From Alloascoidea hylecoeti (Eukaryota): a DNA stretch of 64,000 bases. The stretch spans positions 401,974 through 465,973 of the forward strand of contig BCKZ01000018.1 in assembly GCA_001600815.1 (NCBI GenBank). Direction: 5' to 3'. The first letter of the stretch is position 1. Each line of letters opens with the position of its first letter. Positions 35,813 to 49,255 of the stretch are shown here, piece by piece. The notes below the pieces were generated by a model. The model had not been told where the DNA came from. It made no database searches and saw nothing but the letters and a program-made list of their open reading frames with translations. A program made the translations under genes and the position numbers.

Positions 35813-36934
35813 TTATCTTCTTCTTGCAAAACAGTATACTGTACTCCACTCAACATCAATAATACTTTGATCATTCCAATTGCATTCTTCTTTTAAAGCA
35901 TTTATAAATTCATCTGCTAATTCATAATCATTTGGATGTGCTTTTTTCCAACCATGATATGCACTCCATGTCATTACATATTGTTTAAATTCTGATAATT
36001 GAAGTCTTTTAGATATAAATAGTGATGTTTTTTCTTCTTTATTTTTAATTTCATTTTCATCTTCTTCTTCATTTACTTTTGCAATATATTCAACTCTTTT
36101 AATATCATAAAATAAATTATTTGGTACTTTAACTCCTCTAATTAAATCTTTTAAATAACTTCTTCCAGGTAATTCCCAATAATCACCTAAATATTTTTTT
36201 TTATTCTTTTCATTTTTATCTTTATTTTCTTCTTCATTATCATAAATATCATAAGTAAATTTGTTATAAATTTCATTTGCTCTTTTATTTTTTATAAAAA
36301 TTGGATCAACATAAATCCAAAATGCTAATGTTCCATCTTTACGTAATAGTCTATAAATTTCTTTAAAAAATTTATCATGATTAAACCAATGAATTGCTTC
36401 TGCTGATAAGATTAAATCTTGTTTATCTTTATCATCATTGTTATTACTTGGAGGGAAAATCGATGATAAATCTTCTGCTGGTGATTGTAAAAATTTAAAA
36501 TTAATTTTACTATTATGATTTTCATTTTCATTTTCATTTTCATTTTCATTTTCATTTTCATTTTCATTTTCATTGATTGGTAAATTTGGATATTTCTTTA
36601 TAAATTCCGGAATTTTTGAAGTTGCTGTTGAAAGCATCTTATCTGAAATATCTGTTCCTAGAAAATTAAATACATCTTCATTTTTATCTCCATTATTATC
36701 ACTATCATTATTAATAGAATTTGTTGTACTTCTTTGAAATTCATCTTCATAAATCATTGGGACCAATTGAAATAAAACTTCACCAGGTCCTGAACCAATA
36801 TCAACAACATTTCTTAATTTAGAATCTTTAATATCATGATGATAATTTAATAATTCTTTATAAAAGTCAATTGGATATGTTGGTCTTGCTTTAAAATAAG
36901 ACTCTGATTTGAAATTGGGATCTGAAAAATCCAT
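35813..36934 (-). CDS. TMT1: Trans-aconitate 3-methyltransferase-like SAM methyltransferase (Tmt1/Crg1)
   Basis: MDFSDPNFKSESYFKARPTYP, VVDIGSGPG, GTDISDKML, AEAIHWF, DGTLAFW, YLGDYWELPGR and TWSAYHGWK. Contains an (NE)n insert. Confidence 0.85.
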   Translation of the reverse strand: MDFSDPNFKSESYFKARPTYPIDFYKELLNYHHDIKDSKLRNVVDIGSGPGEVLFQLVPMIYEDEFQRSTTNSINNDSDNNGDKNEDVFNFLGTDISDKMLSTATSKIPEFIKKYPNLPINENENENENENENENENENHNSKINFKFLQSPAEDLSSIFPPSNNNDDKDKQDLILSAEAIHWFNHDKFFKEIYRLLRKDGTLAFWIYVDPIFIKNKRANEIYNKFTYDIYDNEEENKDKNEKNKKKYLGDYWELPGRSYLKDLIRGVKVPNNLFYDIKRVEYIAKVNEEEDENEIKNKEEKTSLFISKRLQLSEFKQYVMTWSAYHGWKKAHPNDYELADEFINALKEECNWNDQSIIDVEWSTVYCFARRR

Positions 36935-37135
36935 TATAAACACCTTTTAAAAATGACTAATTAAAAGACGAAACAAGAGAATATAAATATAGAAATAATT
37001 AACCTAACGGCTGATTATGAATCATAACATCTGATGACATATACATCACGTGCACAGGGTTTGTGAGACACCTTCTAGAAAACAATATACAATATAATAA
37101 CATAACCAACCACTGAAACTGTTCATAAAGTAGGG

Positions 37136-37830
37136 TATAGTGTTCCATAGAAGTGGCATGGATACTAGAGGTTAGGTTAGATTATATAAAATAGAATTTT
37201 ACACCCAGTGTTTGGTGTTGGCGCCTTTAACGCCATATATATAGACGGCTACCACCACGCATGGAGTCCATCAGATTATCAATTGCAATTGCAATATTAA
37301 TGATATTCTCATCTGCCCAAAAATGTGAAGGAGACTCAAACAATATATCTATCTTCTTTTCAACACTACCACTTGGTATGCGAAAAACTCATACTCAATT
37401 CCAGCCTGGTACCCTCTGCCCTATCTTCATCTCACAAAACCAACTCTTCATGATGTATGCTTTATTCAGGTTTATTGGTACATTGTCTTGCATGGAGTTA
37501 TGTGAAATCCTTGGGGATCTCTCTTTAAAGGCTCCTTCCATAAAATATACATAGAAGAATGCGATGACCCTTTCCTGCTACCAGGAATCCCAACCACTCT
37601 ATAGTGGACCACGGCCTCCTTCGCAAATTCCAGTCCTTACTACAATTCTTACAAACCCAGACTATTAAACTTCCTGCTGTAGTTTTATCCAAATACGTAG
37701 AAATAGCGTAAACAAATCTAGGCAGAAATATTCGTACTCTGGTAGAAAGTAGAAGGTTTCTTTGGGTCTATGAAATTTGAAAGTTTCACTTTGAAGCCAG
37801 TTTATCAAACATATCCAAGGGCTATGTATA
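37136..37830 (-). mobile_element. Second degenerate copy of the same Tc1-like transposon
   Basis: TATAGTGTTCCAT at 37136-37148 is identical to 2921-2933. The reverse complement of 37205-37275 matches 4081-4146 (GGTGGTAGCCGTCTAT...GGCGCCAACAC), and that of 37788-37820 matches 3185-3218 (CTGGCTTCAAAGT). LEFAKE...WSTIEW reads near 37600-37635. Confidence 0.82.
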
Positions 37831-38349
37831 ATCTTTTCAATAATTGGGAGCGAAAATTATTTTCATAGTATTGGAAACTAAATTGATTATCACCTGGAGT
37901 GGCGTCAAAATCATTAGGGTTTTCATCCTTTACTTTGTCCTTCTCCTTTGAATCCTTCGAAGAAACTTCCATCATTCTTCATCTGCTCAGAAGCTAGATT
38001 CTCAACTTTGTCGACAATACCATTCAAGGTGTTATCGATCTGGATGATGGGATCCATTTCCTGTAACATTTCCTCCATTTGATCCCTTTTCTCATCTGGA
38101 ACCAAAATTATCAATTACAGTTTTGTTGAACTCAACTCTTGTTTAGACACAAAAATGTTCATTTTAGCCTTCACAACGGCAGACTTATCATTACCTTAGG
38201 CTTTGATAAGTGGTAAAGAAGACATTGTTTGGTTTTAATAATATTTCAAATGTTTGTTATAACAAGGTAAAATTATATTTATATCGATTATTGAACTTTG
38301 TAAGTAAACATTCTATTGAAGTTGTCTGAATATTCTTCACCATTATTAC

Positions 38350-38465
38350 TGTTCATCAGTAATTCTCCCATATAGACCAGACAATATGCTTAATAGCATA
38401 GAGTTAGCAATCTCGTCGTTCATTTCTAGGCCAGCACTTTCTAAATCTCTTAAATAAAATAATTC
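38350..38465 (-). mobile_element. Ty1/copia gag-like remnant
   Basis: The minus strand reads LRDLESAGLEMNDEIANSMLLSILSGLYGRI, similar by eye to the Ty1 Gag segment [28 protein letters not shown]. Confidence 0.4.
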
Positions 38466-38819
38466 AGAAAGACTCAACCTTAGAATTTGATTTACTACAG
38501 TTTGATATGCTTTCTTTTTCGAGGAGCTATAGTAGAAGGATTGTTGAAAAATCTCTGTATTGTATCCTATGTTTACTTAGATTTCAAATTTACAATAGTT
38601 TTAGCTGGTTGGAAATTCTTTTTATATTTAGAATTACCTTAAATCTCATTTAGTTTAATTCTAAAAGTCGTTCTATTATATTTAAAAATATGGGTCTTTT
38701 TGGGCGTCTACAAAGGAAACACACAGGCTAAGAAAATGCTTAGCCGTAAATAGCAACAATCTTTATTAAACATTATTAAACAATATATAGTAGAAATTTA
38801 TATAATGTATCCTCATAAA

Positions 38820-40397
38820 TTAATCTCTTATATTTAATCTATCCCTAACATTAGGATATGCCTCCATGATTTCTTCAAATCTTTCTGGATAACTTAATCT
38901 GAAAACTTCTGGATCTCTTGCTAAAGCAACGAAAAATGTTCCAACACCACTTTGAATTGGAACAGTTGTAATATTAGTAATTTGTAAAGAAATTAAAAAT
39001 GTAAAAGCAATAACTGGTGCATAATAATTCCCTGATGAATTATAACTTGGATTTGTATAATGTAAATATAAATAAGCAAATAATGCAGAAACATATGATA
39101 CAAATAATCCGCCCATTCCTAATACTGAATTAATTAAACAATCATTTACCATTGCATCAATTCCTTTTTGTTTCATTAATTGCCATGTATCTTTTGCTGA
39201 TGGGATATATGCTTTACCATATAAAGCAATATAACAATAAGCATAATGATTGAAAAATTCTAAAAGCCAATCAATTAAACTAACAAAACATTCAAGACAA
39301 CAAAATATAAAAGTTGTTAACATATCACCATTATTTTGACTACTTTGTCTTAAAGCAGATAATAATTGTTTTAATAATTGAACAAACGTAACAATTAATG
39401 ATCCAAAACAAATAGATCCTAAAGATGTTGTAATTGCTCTTTTAAAAGCACCAAAAGCTGGATGTCTAGGCATACCTTGATCTGATTTTGATAAATAATA
39501 CCAACTACCATAAACTCCTGCAATTGAAACATGAATAATATTTTTAATAACTTCAGAAATATAATAACCTGCAAAAAATACAAATACTAAAACACCAATT
39601 AATTTTGCTTGACTACAATTACCGCCAGATGTTGAACAACCAGGATTATTTTCATTTGGATCAAATTTCATATATGTTGTGACAACAACAACAGAAAATA
39701 AAGCACTGAAAACTGCTGAAATGATACATCCAATTAAAGAAAGGATTAAAACTGATGGATTTGCTCTTGTTACATCAATTATGATTTCTAAAATTATTCT
39801 TGCAAATGGTATTCTTGATCTCATTGTCCAATAACAAAACGCAGATATTAATGTAAATACCAAAAAAACAATGGCCGCTGAATAATAATGACGGGTAAAA
39901 TAATAAATACATGTCGCTAATCCAATAACAATATTTAATACTAACGATGCTATAATGAATGCTTTAGGGAACATTCTTGCCAAACAAAAGTATAAAAACG
40001 CTAGTACCATTGAAATCACAATCACAAAAGAAAATAAAATAACCGTTGAGGAATTTAATGAAAATGAATTTGAAGAATTGTAAATTCCTGAACCTTGAAA
40101 CGAATAGTTTTGTGACCATGCTCTAATAACAATAGCGGCAACTGCTATGAACCCACCAAGAGTTAAAAGGAAAAAAATCAAGGCCCATAAGTCATTCCAA
40201 CGCTTTTTTTCAATTTTAAAAGCATCATCGAATGATTGTCCTTCTTGTGCATTAGGCGCACCAGACCCCCATTTTTCTTGATCATTTGGAGCATATGCAT
40301 TATATGGTTGTTGTTGTTGATTATAGTTTTGCTGTTGATCCGGAGAAGGATACGATGGAGGTTGATAAAAGTTGGGATTATTAGCGTTATTTGACAT
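38820..40397 (-). CDS. PNS1: Choline transporter-like protein Pns1
   Basis: SFDDAFKIEKKRWNDLW, RIPFA, NPGCSTSGGNCS, YYISEVIKNIIHV, TTSLGSICFGSLIV and FNHYAYCYIALYGKAY. Confidence 0.95.
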   Translation of the reverse strand: MSNNANNPNFYQPPSYPSPDQQQNYNQQQQPYNAYAPNDQEKWGSGAPNAQEGQSFDDAFKIEKKRWNDLWALIFFLLTLGGFIAVAAIVIRAWSQNYSFQGSGIYNSSNSFSLNSSTVILFSFVIVISMVLAFLYFCLARMFPKAFIIASLVLNIVIGLATCIYYFTRHYYSAAIVFLVFTLISAFCYWTMRSRIPFARIILEIIIDVTRANPSVLILSLIGCIISAVFSALFSVVVVTTYMKFDPNENNPGCSTSGGNCSQAKLIGVLVFVFFAGYYISEVIKNIIHVSIAGVYGSWYYLSKSDQGMPRHPAFGAFKRAITTSLGSICFGSLIVTFVQLLKQLLSALRQSSQNNGDMLTTFIFCCLECFVSLIDWLLEFFNHYAYCYIALYGKAYIPSAKDTWQLMKQKGIDAMVNDCLINSVLGMGGLFVSYVSALFAYLYLHYTNPSYNSSGNYYAPVIAFTFLISLQITNITTVPIQSGVGTFFVALARDPEVFRLSYPERFEEIMEAYPNVRDRLNIRD

Positions 40398-40598
40398 TTC
40401 TTTTTTAGATTTAACAATGGAGATGGAGTAAAAAAAGGGAAGAGTTTATTTATAAATCTAAATAGCAAGCTCCACTACTGCCAGCCGCGTTGATGCGATG
40501 TGATGCAACATGCATGTCATATACTTACATATTTACATACCAACAAATTATAACATTATAAACTTATAAATTTAAATAATATGACAAATAATATGAAA

Positions 40599-43500
40599 TT
40601 AATAATTTTCATTATACAAACTTTCCTCGACTTGTTGCCGACTATTACTGATTATTTTTAAAACACCTTCAATTTCAATTCTAACTTCCTTCAGAATTGA
40701 ATCTCTATTCCAATTACTTCGGTGTTCCCATATAATATCCATTAGTTTAGAATTAATTTGTTCCAATTCTTCAACCGTAAATCCTGCTGTTGATGAGACT
40801 AGTTCATCAATGTAATTTTCTGCAAGCGATTCCGTGAAAATATATTCATCATGTTCTTCTTCCACCTCAACTATATCCATTTCAGGTGCTTTCTCAACTG
40901 TTTGGTCAGTAGCTAAAGACTCATGCTTTTTCTTCTTTTCTTCCTCCTTTATCTCTTCTTCCGCTGCATCCACCTTTGGTGTTTTCTCAACTGATTGTTC
41001 AATAATTAAAGGACCCTCATGCCCCTTTTCCTCTTCAACAACAATTTTTTTTTCTAATGTGTTCTCAACTTTTCCATTCTCAGTTGGAATTAAAATAGAA
41101 TTATCAAAAACCTCTTCATCAATCATCATATCATCGGGTCCAATACCGTAAGTACTTGGTATGACCTGATCAGGATTTTCATCGGATAGGTTTAAACCAC
41201 CATCTGTACTTGGTATAACCTGCTCAGCATTATCATTCAATGGTTTTGAAACTGGTTCTTCAATAACTTGAATGCTTGAATTTGGTATAATTGGACTAGA
41301 TTCTTCAATTGGACCTTCTAATAAAGCAGTTGGTTCTTTGGGGACATCAACTTGTATTTGTATCTGAACATGTTTTTCCACCAGTGGGTCAAGATTTTCT
41401 TTTATTGTACCATCTTGCTTTTCAAGGGCTTCTTTTTCTAAAATAGCTTGCTTCAATTTTTGTTGTTCAATGAATTTATTTTGCCTTTCAATTTCTCTAT
41501 GATGCATACTTCTACACTCCAATAAAAATTGACCATCACTTATTTCATCAATTGCAACCTGTGCATTAGCAAACATTTCACTTGCTTTCAATAATCTATC
41601 TCTATCACCAAGTGTAATACAATCAATATAAATCATTTCAATATCACGTAAGAATTGTTTTGGCTCTGAATAAAACCCATTCCATAATCTTTCTTCAACA
41701 ACATCTAAATCCATATTGAAAAATCGTTTACCGGTTGTAATTTCTAAAATCTTATCACCATCTTTAATATATCCCCATTGTTGTTGTGGTTGTGAAGAAT
41801 CAACAGGTTCAAATAAATGTGTTAATAACATATCATCAATTGGTGGTTTTTTAAAACGCTTATATCGATTTTTAAATAAATCCATTAATCCACTTAATTT
41901 AATCTTTAATAAATTTTTTAATCTCATATCTTTCTTTTCTTGTAATTTTAATTCAAATTTACTTAATTCTAATTTTTTTGGCTTTTTAACAATTTCTAAA
42001 ATTGGTAATTTTTTCTTTTTTCGATTTTCAATATCATCATAATCATATGGTCTTAATTTAATTGATTTAATAAATATTTTATTAAAAAATAATTTTCTTT
42101 CATTTGAATTTGGTTTAATTAATTCAAAATTATTTAATTTATTAAAACCAAATATTTTTTTAATACCAGGATTAATATCATTTAAATTTAAATCTGATAT
42201 ACCTAATACTAAAATCTTTTCACTTGGTAATAAATTTCTTAATAATGATGCAAAAGTTAATCTTGCAGAATCTGAAATTGCATTAAACCAAATTTCAATA
42301 TTTGGTATAAATATAACACTTGGTTTATGCCTCCTTGCTTCAATGAAAATTTGAATCATTGTCGCTTCAGGTGTTCTTGTTGAATCACCTAATAATGTAC
42401 CAAGATCTAAAGATTGAACTTGAAATCCCTCTAAATGATGTAAAATTGCACCACTAATATATTGTTGTCCTAATCCAGCATCACCAGTAATCAATATTCT
42501 TGGTTGACAAATTCTTGAATTTTGTATTAATTTCATCATTTCTTGTTTTTCAAATCCATTAGTTTCATCATTTCCATAATTAAAATCTTCATATTCTGCT
42601 TCTTCTAATGTTGACATTTTTTTCTTTATTGGTATTAAATTATCAATAATCTTATTAATTTTAATTATTGTATTATTTAATAAAGGATTAATATTTTCTG
42701 GTAATGGAGCTGCTAATGTTGATATTGATCTTGCAGATGATGGTACAATTTTTTCAATAGCTTTCATAAAATCAATTGCTGATACCTTAATTTCATCTTC
42801 ATTAATTTTTAACTTTTCATTTGTCTTATAAATTTGTGGATATTTTCTTTGAATACTATTTAATGCAGCTTCTGTACATAAAGCTCTTAAATCTGCTCCT
42901 CCATAACCTTTAGTTAAATTGGCAACTTTATTTAAAAAAACTTCATTTAATTTTGGATCCCATTTCTTTGTATGAATTGATAAGATTTTTTTCCTACCTT
43001 CAAAGTCAGGTAATGGGAAATAAAATTCTCTATCAAATCGACCTGGTCTTCTTAATGCAGGATCAATTGAATCTGGTCTATTTGTTGCACCAATAACAAT
43101 AACTTGACCTCTATTATCCATACCATCCATTAAAGCAAGTAACGTTGAAACAATCGATGCATGAATTTGTTCTTGTTTTGATGATCGAACAGGTGCTAAA
43201 CCATCGATTTCATCGAAAAATATAATTGATGGTTGTTGATTTTTCGCTTCTTCAAATAATAAACGTAATTGACGCTCTGCTTCACCAACCCATTTACTTA
43301 AACAATCAGATCCTTTCCTCATGAAAAATGTGATTTTTCTTTCATTTGTTGAACATGATGCAGCGAGAGCTCTAGCCATTAAAGTTTTACCTGTTCCAGG
43401 CGGTCCATGAAATAAAACCCCTCGTGGTGGAGTTATACCAAATTTTTTATAAACTTCAGGATATAAAAGTGGTAATGCGACCATTTCTTTTAATTGATCA

Positions 43501-45412
43501 ATATAATTATCTAATCCTCCAATTACACTAAAATCAATATTCATATCAACACCTAAAGGATCGGTATCTGATAAATTATTTTTCTTTGTATTAAGTTTAC
43601 CCATTTTAGTAGATGGTGTTGCAAGACCACCACCTCCACCACCTGCTTTGGTACCATTAACAGTTATATTTAAATCATCATCATCATCTGAATCAATATC
43701 AACATCGACACCATTTTGAGCATTTGAAGGAATATTTGAACCAAATATACTGGTTACTCCGCTACCACCAAATGGACCCATTGTTGGGAATAATCTTCTA
43801 ATTTCTAAATTATTATTACGTCTTCGTTTATTATTTGTTGATGATGATGTTGCAATTGCCATTTCTTCTAATTGATAATTATCAGTTATTGGTGGTGGTA
43901 GTTGATAATTGACTACTTTTCTTGCACGTAAATGTAATTTTCTTGTTGGAGTATTTGATTTTTTATCTTCTTCACGTAATTCAGCTAATTCTTCTTCTAA
44001 TGTTAATTCACGATTTGGATCATCATCATCATCGATATTATTATTATTATTATGTTGTCTAGTACTTCTTAAAGATCTCCCTCTTCGAACATTATTGTTA
44101 TTATTTTTGTTTCTTCTTCTTGAACGACGAGATCTATTATTCCCATAAATTTCGAAATCATCATCATCATTATTAAATTCATCATGATCATCATCATTAG
44201 TTATAAATTGTTTATCTTTACGTCTTGAATCTTCTCTTCTTGCTCTTCTAGCATCAGCAGGATTTGAATAAGCTGAATCTTCTGTATCGTTACCAATATC
44301 ATCAGGTGCAATTAATGATTCATTTTCTGATTCAATATATTCATCTTCTGATTGTTTATTTGATTTTGAAGTAGTTCTTTTTGCCTTTCGTGTTGTTCTT
44401 GTGTGATTTATTGGTTCTTCGGTGGATAATCGAGGACGACGACGTAATCTATGGCCTATGTTATCATCATCAGTTTCAGGATCTAAATTAAAGCGCTGTT
44501 AGTAAATTTGTTTTAAATCTCATTAGTAAAACACAAAAAGAAATCAAAAATATTTGAACATATATAAAAGAAAAATAAAAAATAAAATGGAAATTAAATC
44601 TGTACCTTTTGTAATTGAATCTTCTTCAGTATCTTTAACTTCATTTAATTGTTCTTCATTATTGGTTGCTTCAATAACAATAGAAGCATCACCATTACCA
44701 TTCATATTAGTATCATAATCAATAATTTTTTCATTAGTTGACTTTAAAAACTCTTTATTGGTGATTTTTAATGTAACAAAATATGATGGAGATGGTTGTT
44801 TCTTGTTATTAATATTGAGATTCTTATTTTGTGGTGACATAGATTGTTTGCCATCTATTTCAGGTGTTGTATTATATGTATCTGTAAGATCACGATCAGG
44901 ATCAGGAATGCCTTCAGTAGATAAAGATTTGTTATAACAATGCTCCATTATATAATTTTTTGGGTACAACATTTAATAAGAAAGAGGGAATCAATAAAAA
45001 AAAGGAATTAAGAAAAGACGAAATGAAAGGGAAAAGTTCTTTTTGAATTGATTACAAATAAAATGGACAAAAAAACAAAATGTTACTTACTTTTAGCAAC
45101 TATTGTGATCTTCTTCCCACTTAATTTTTTTCTATTGCCATCACCGTTAATATCCCCATTACCATTCTTATTTTCCGTTTGATTATATCCTTCATCATCT
45201 TCTTCTTCTTCATCATCATCTAAATCTACAGCATAATTAGGTCTCGAGGATCTTCTCCGTGGACCATAACGAGAAGTAAACTCATCATCATTACCATTTG
45301 TATCGTGATCATCGCCGAAATGATTGGTATTATTTGATTTTTTACGTGGTGAATCATCATCATCGGAGTTTTGAATAGTTCGTCGTAATCTTTTTCTTGA
45401 ATTAGTCGTCAT
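40599..45412 (-). CDS. YTA7: AAA+ ATPase/bromodomain protein Yta7; exons 45412-45091, 44911-44606 and 44482-40599
   Basis: PPRGVLFHGPPGTGKT, FFDEIDG, PALRRPGRFDRE and a bromodomain (MDLDVVEERLWNGFY). Phase-matched introns (GTAAGT...AAG and GTACAG...TACTAAC...TAG) join the upstream acidic ORFs. The first acceptor is less certain. Confidence 0.92.
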
Positions 45413-47526
45413 GACTGAATATTAATAAAAGAAAAATTGCAGACAAAATAAAATGGATTATTTTATATTTACAAATAAATATAAAACAAAAACAGGACTC
45501 AAAGATAAAAATATAATTTCAATAGTTTATAATTAAAGATGATTTGTTCTGTATATTGTTGTCGTTCAAATTCCCAATTTCCAATTTTAACATGTTTTTA
45601 TTTGTTTTGTTTCTTTTTAGTGTGTAGATGTCCGGATGTCCCACCAACAGCCAATCACAGGCCGTGATTCTGCATAATATTGCCACCCAACACCTCCAAC
45701 CATCTTTTTTTTATCTTCAACAAAAACAAGCAAAGTCTAAAATCTCAAATCCAAAAAAAAGTGCTTTTTCTTTAAAATTTTATATTAATCCTGTTTTCAT
45801 TAAAGAAATCAATGATTGTTTTCTTTGAAAAACTGTAATATTTTGGGTTAATTAATCATTGTAGACGATCACATAAAACTCTACTACACAAAGTGTATTT
45901 TCATTTTTGCCCCTCTTCTAGTGTTCATTCAACATTTTCATCTTTGTAGCAAATCTCACTGAAGTGTTCGTTGTAAACAGACCTGATTCTCATTAGCGTA
46001 AGGATGTTCACCAGATGTTTGAAATGTACTGCTGAACCCAGCATACATTCATAAACACATAAAACGAGCGGATGCCGATACAATCTAATCAGAAGTAAAG
46101 AATTCACAAAGTGGCGAAGAAAAAGAAAAGTACTACAACTGTGTAAAAAAAAAACTGGATTTATCATTATGTTTAATTTTAAAATATGGAATAAACATGA
46201 TATAATTTAACCTTCTTTTATCCACGTGCACGCATACTTTTTTATTTAAATTTACAAAATGATGTGCACTCCTTCTGTCCAATTGGATCGAACAATATCT
46301 GGAATTCGTGTGATTGCAACTTGCAAGAAGAAGGATCTGAATACTTACATTGCCATTTCCATTTTGGAAAATAAAATAAATTATAAGGCCTCATAAGGTG
46401 TTGAAGCACAACATCCGTACACCTGTATTTGTCCAAACCTCACAAAGCTTTTCTATATGACCAGAACTCCTTCGGCTACATTTTCATCTTTGAAATTTCG
46501 TTTCTTTCATCCAAATATAATGAGATAAGTCAAATAAAGTGAAAACTTGGAGGGAATACCGACTGAAAATAGTACAACTCCATGGCTAAAGGTTTAGTTA
46601 TATGAAGGGTACCCGGATTGTCAATATTATGGCAAGTTCTAGGTAAACAAAACTAAGAAATGAACTTTCTTCATTTTCCCCAGACATCTCATAACCATTT
46701 TTATAAATACATAAATCTCGCAATTACTCCTATCATATATCTAATTTTAAAGAAGCGCTATTAAATCACTTTCGAGATATCCACATTTTAAGATAAATGT
46801 ATGGGTGTTTGAATACTGTAGGGTCATCTTCATCTTCGCTTTCCATTAACTCAATATGTAGTATTATGTACTGAAATATCCTTAACAAGGCTTATACAAG
46901 TATGATTCTCTCATCTTATATCCTATTTTCAATTTTAATGGACAGTTATGATAGAAGGGTAATGATCGAGAAATCTACGCATACTATTTTTAACTTTCAA
47001 AGGTTTGCATCCTTACCCGGGTTAAAACGTGTAAAACTTCCGGAGTGAGTCTAGTTAGGGATGTGTTAAGGAGAAGGGACTAGACGTAACTATATATACT
47101 CTGAGGATAGTCCTGTGATATGAGACCATCCGTAGACATATGACTGTGATTGTTACACACCATGAAGCTACTGTTGCAAGCTGCCCAACCCACACCCGTA
47201 TGTATGCCTTGTTGTAAATATGCATATGCATAATAAGACACAAATAGTAAAACTTCAATTCTAATAATCTTTCTTCGATATATCTAGAACCACCATTTTT
47301 GTAGTTGAGCAGCTATTAGCTGATCGCTGATAAGTTTTCTTAAAAAAATATCTACTCTTTATATAATCCAATCTTTTCTATATTATTCTAGTATAGCGAT
47401 CCACTAGTATAGTAACTCTAATATTTAATGTATTATATCAAATAATACAATTGCAACAGTCTTATTCAAAACAATCCTCCTATCCTTCAATTTAATCAAA
47501 CTTGGAGTTCAATTCAACCATCAAGA

Positions 47527-48689
47527 ATGGAGCGTTTAGACCAACAATCAGTCCAAAGCAACAGCCGTTTATCCCTTTTCATCCTCGATCCAAAGAAAAG
47601 TCCCACAAATATGAAATCCAACGATGAATTCCAAAATAATGTATCACTCTCTTTTATACCTTTTAGGATATAATGGTAAAACAAAATCGAACAAGAAATT
47701 TTCCGTTTTGATGATGATGTATCATCCACTTGGTCGGAGATGACTCCTATTGAGTCTGTTGTTCATAGTGATTTTACTGACCATATTGTTAATTCATTGG
47801 AATCGCCTATTCCAATTATTAAGTTGAATGATATAGAGTCTTATGGAGGTATTCATAACTATATTGACTTTGTTAAATATAATTCAGAAGCTCTTGGATT
47901 ATTAAACGAACATCTTGAGTATAAAGTATCAGAAGTATCTAATTCTTCTCAACGAAAAAACCTTCATATTTTACAATCAATGATTTTAAATAGTTTAACA
48001 AAAAAGATTCAATAATTATAAGAAATTCAAAAACAATTAATGAAATTATTGAATGTTTAATTGAAAAATATCGATATGAAATTAGTTTGCAAAATTCATT
48101 TGAAATTTATAAATATCTTTTATCAAAAAAATTAAATATTAATATGAATAAAAATCAAATTATTGAATTTATACCAAAATATCATGTTTAAATGATTGTG
48201 AATATATAACTGGTTATGAACCAGACTTTAGAGATTTTTCTGAAAGAATTGGGAGAAAAATTATTGGTTTATCATTATTTTATTCAAATAAAAATAATAA
48301 ATTGAATGATAGTTACAGAGAAAAATGATGAAATTAAATCAAAGCCTTTATCCTCATCAAAAATTGATATAATTAAAATGAATTATTGGTACACAAATGA
48401 AAAGGTGGTAAAATCGGCAGAGACCATCAAAAATTTATCAAAGCCCAATGTATCAACTACAACTGTAATTAATAGTGGTAAAAATTTGGATACTCCTGAT
48501 TTTGATGAGAAATCATTTTGTACAGCCCCAACGAAAGATCTTAGGGCTCAAAATGAAATTGAGACAGTTAAAAAGAAAAGTTCTAAGGATCCACAATTGC
48601 AAATCAAAAACAAGGGCCGAAAACAAAAAATAAACCAACTTATAAAACAACTACTTCAACTACAACTACAACAAACAACATGGTGGTAA
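47527..48689 (+). pseudogene. Decayed coding remnant, possibly retrotransposon gag
   Basis: Consecutive broken + strand reading frames (47527-48015 and 48306-48689) with stops and shifts and no recognisable host-gene motif. Confidence 0.3.
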
Positions 48690-49119
48690 ATTCAAAATTA
48701 ATTAGTTTATTTTATGTTTTTAGATAGGTTCTATTTTATCTACTATTATGAAAAATGAATCTAATAATTCATTTAAACCCTTATTATTTTAGATAATAAG
48801 GTATAATGTTTCGTAATCTTTTTTCCTTATGTAATTATTAGAAATATATTATAATCCAAGTTATTGAGTGTTAGAGGTTGACCCCCGTAGAGCTAAATAG
48901 GTACCAATGTTTTGATTTAGACATACGGGAATTGATCCATTGAAAAATCTTACCACCTTTTATGTTTTGAAAGACCGGTGTTGATCATCTTCTTTTACAG
49001 TTTTTTTTTTTTTGCAATCAATATGACCTGTCAACTTCATTTGGGACCAGCAGAAATCAGTTCGTCTAGTTACTTCCCTAGTTGATCATGCGGACTGACT
49101 CTTCATCACCGAAGAATTA

Positions 49120-49255
49120 TTTTGTTATTATGCAAGGTATGTTTGAGGAATCGATAATTCTCAGAAGGAAGCTTCATCAAAAAGCTTTCCAGCAAATAAG
49201 ATCGTAACCGAAGTATTTAGTTTTGTAATCAGAAGCATTCATCCTTCCAAATTAT
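49120..49255 (-). mobile_element. Ty1/copia gag-like remnant
   Basis: With one frameshift the minus strand reads LLITKLNTSVTILFAGKL/LMKLPSENYRFLKHTLHNN, similar by eye to Ty1 Gag IIDRLNNNG...[18 protein letters not shown]. Confidence 0.42.

Noticed and set aside
44544..45412. Two small standalone ORFs (142 aa and 109 aa)
   Set aside because: Phase-compatible splice sites make them exons 2 and 1 of YTA7.
45925..47258. Short ORFs of 64-80 aa upstream of YTA7 and a possible LTR near 47060-47460
   Set aside because: No recognisable motif, no second LTR copy or primer-binding site, and no support I can see.
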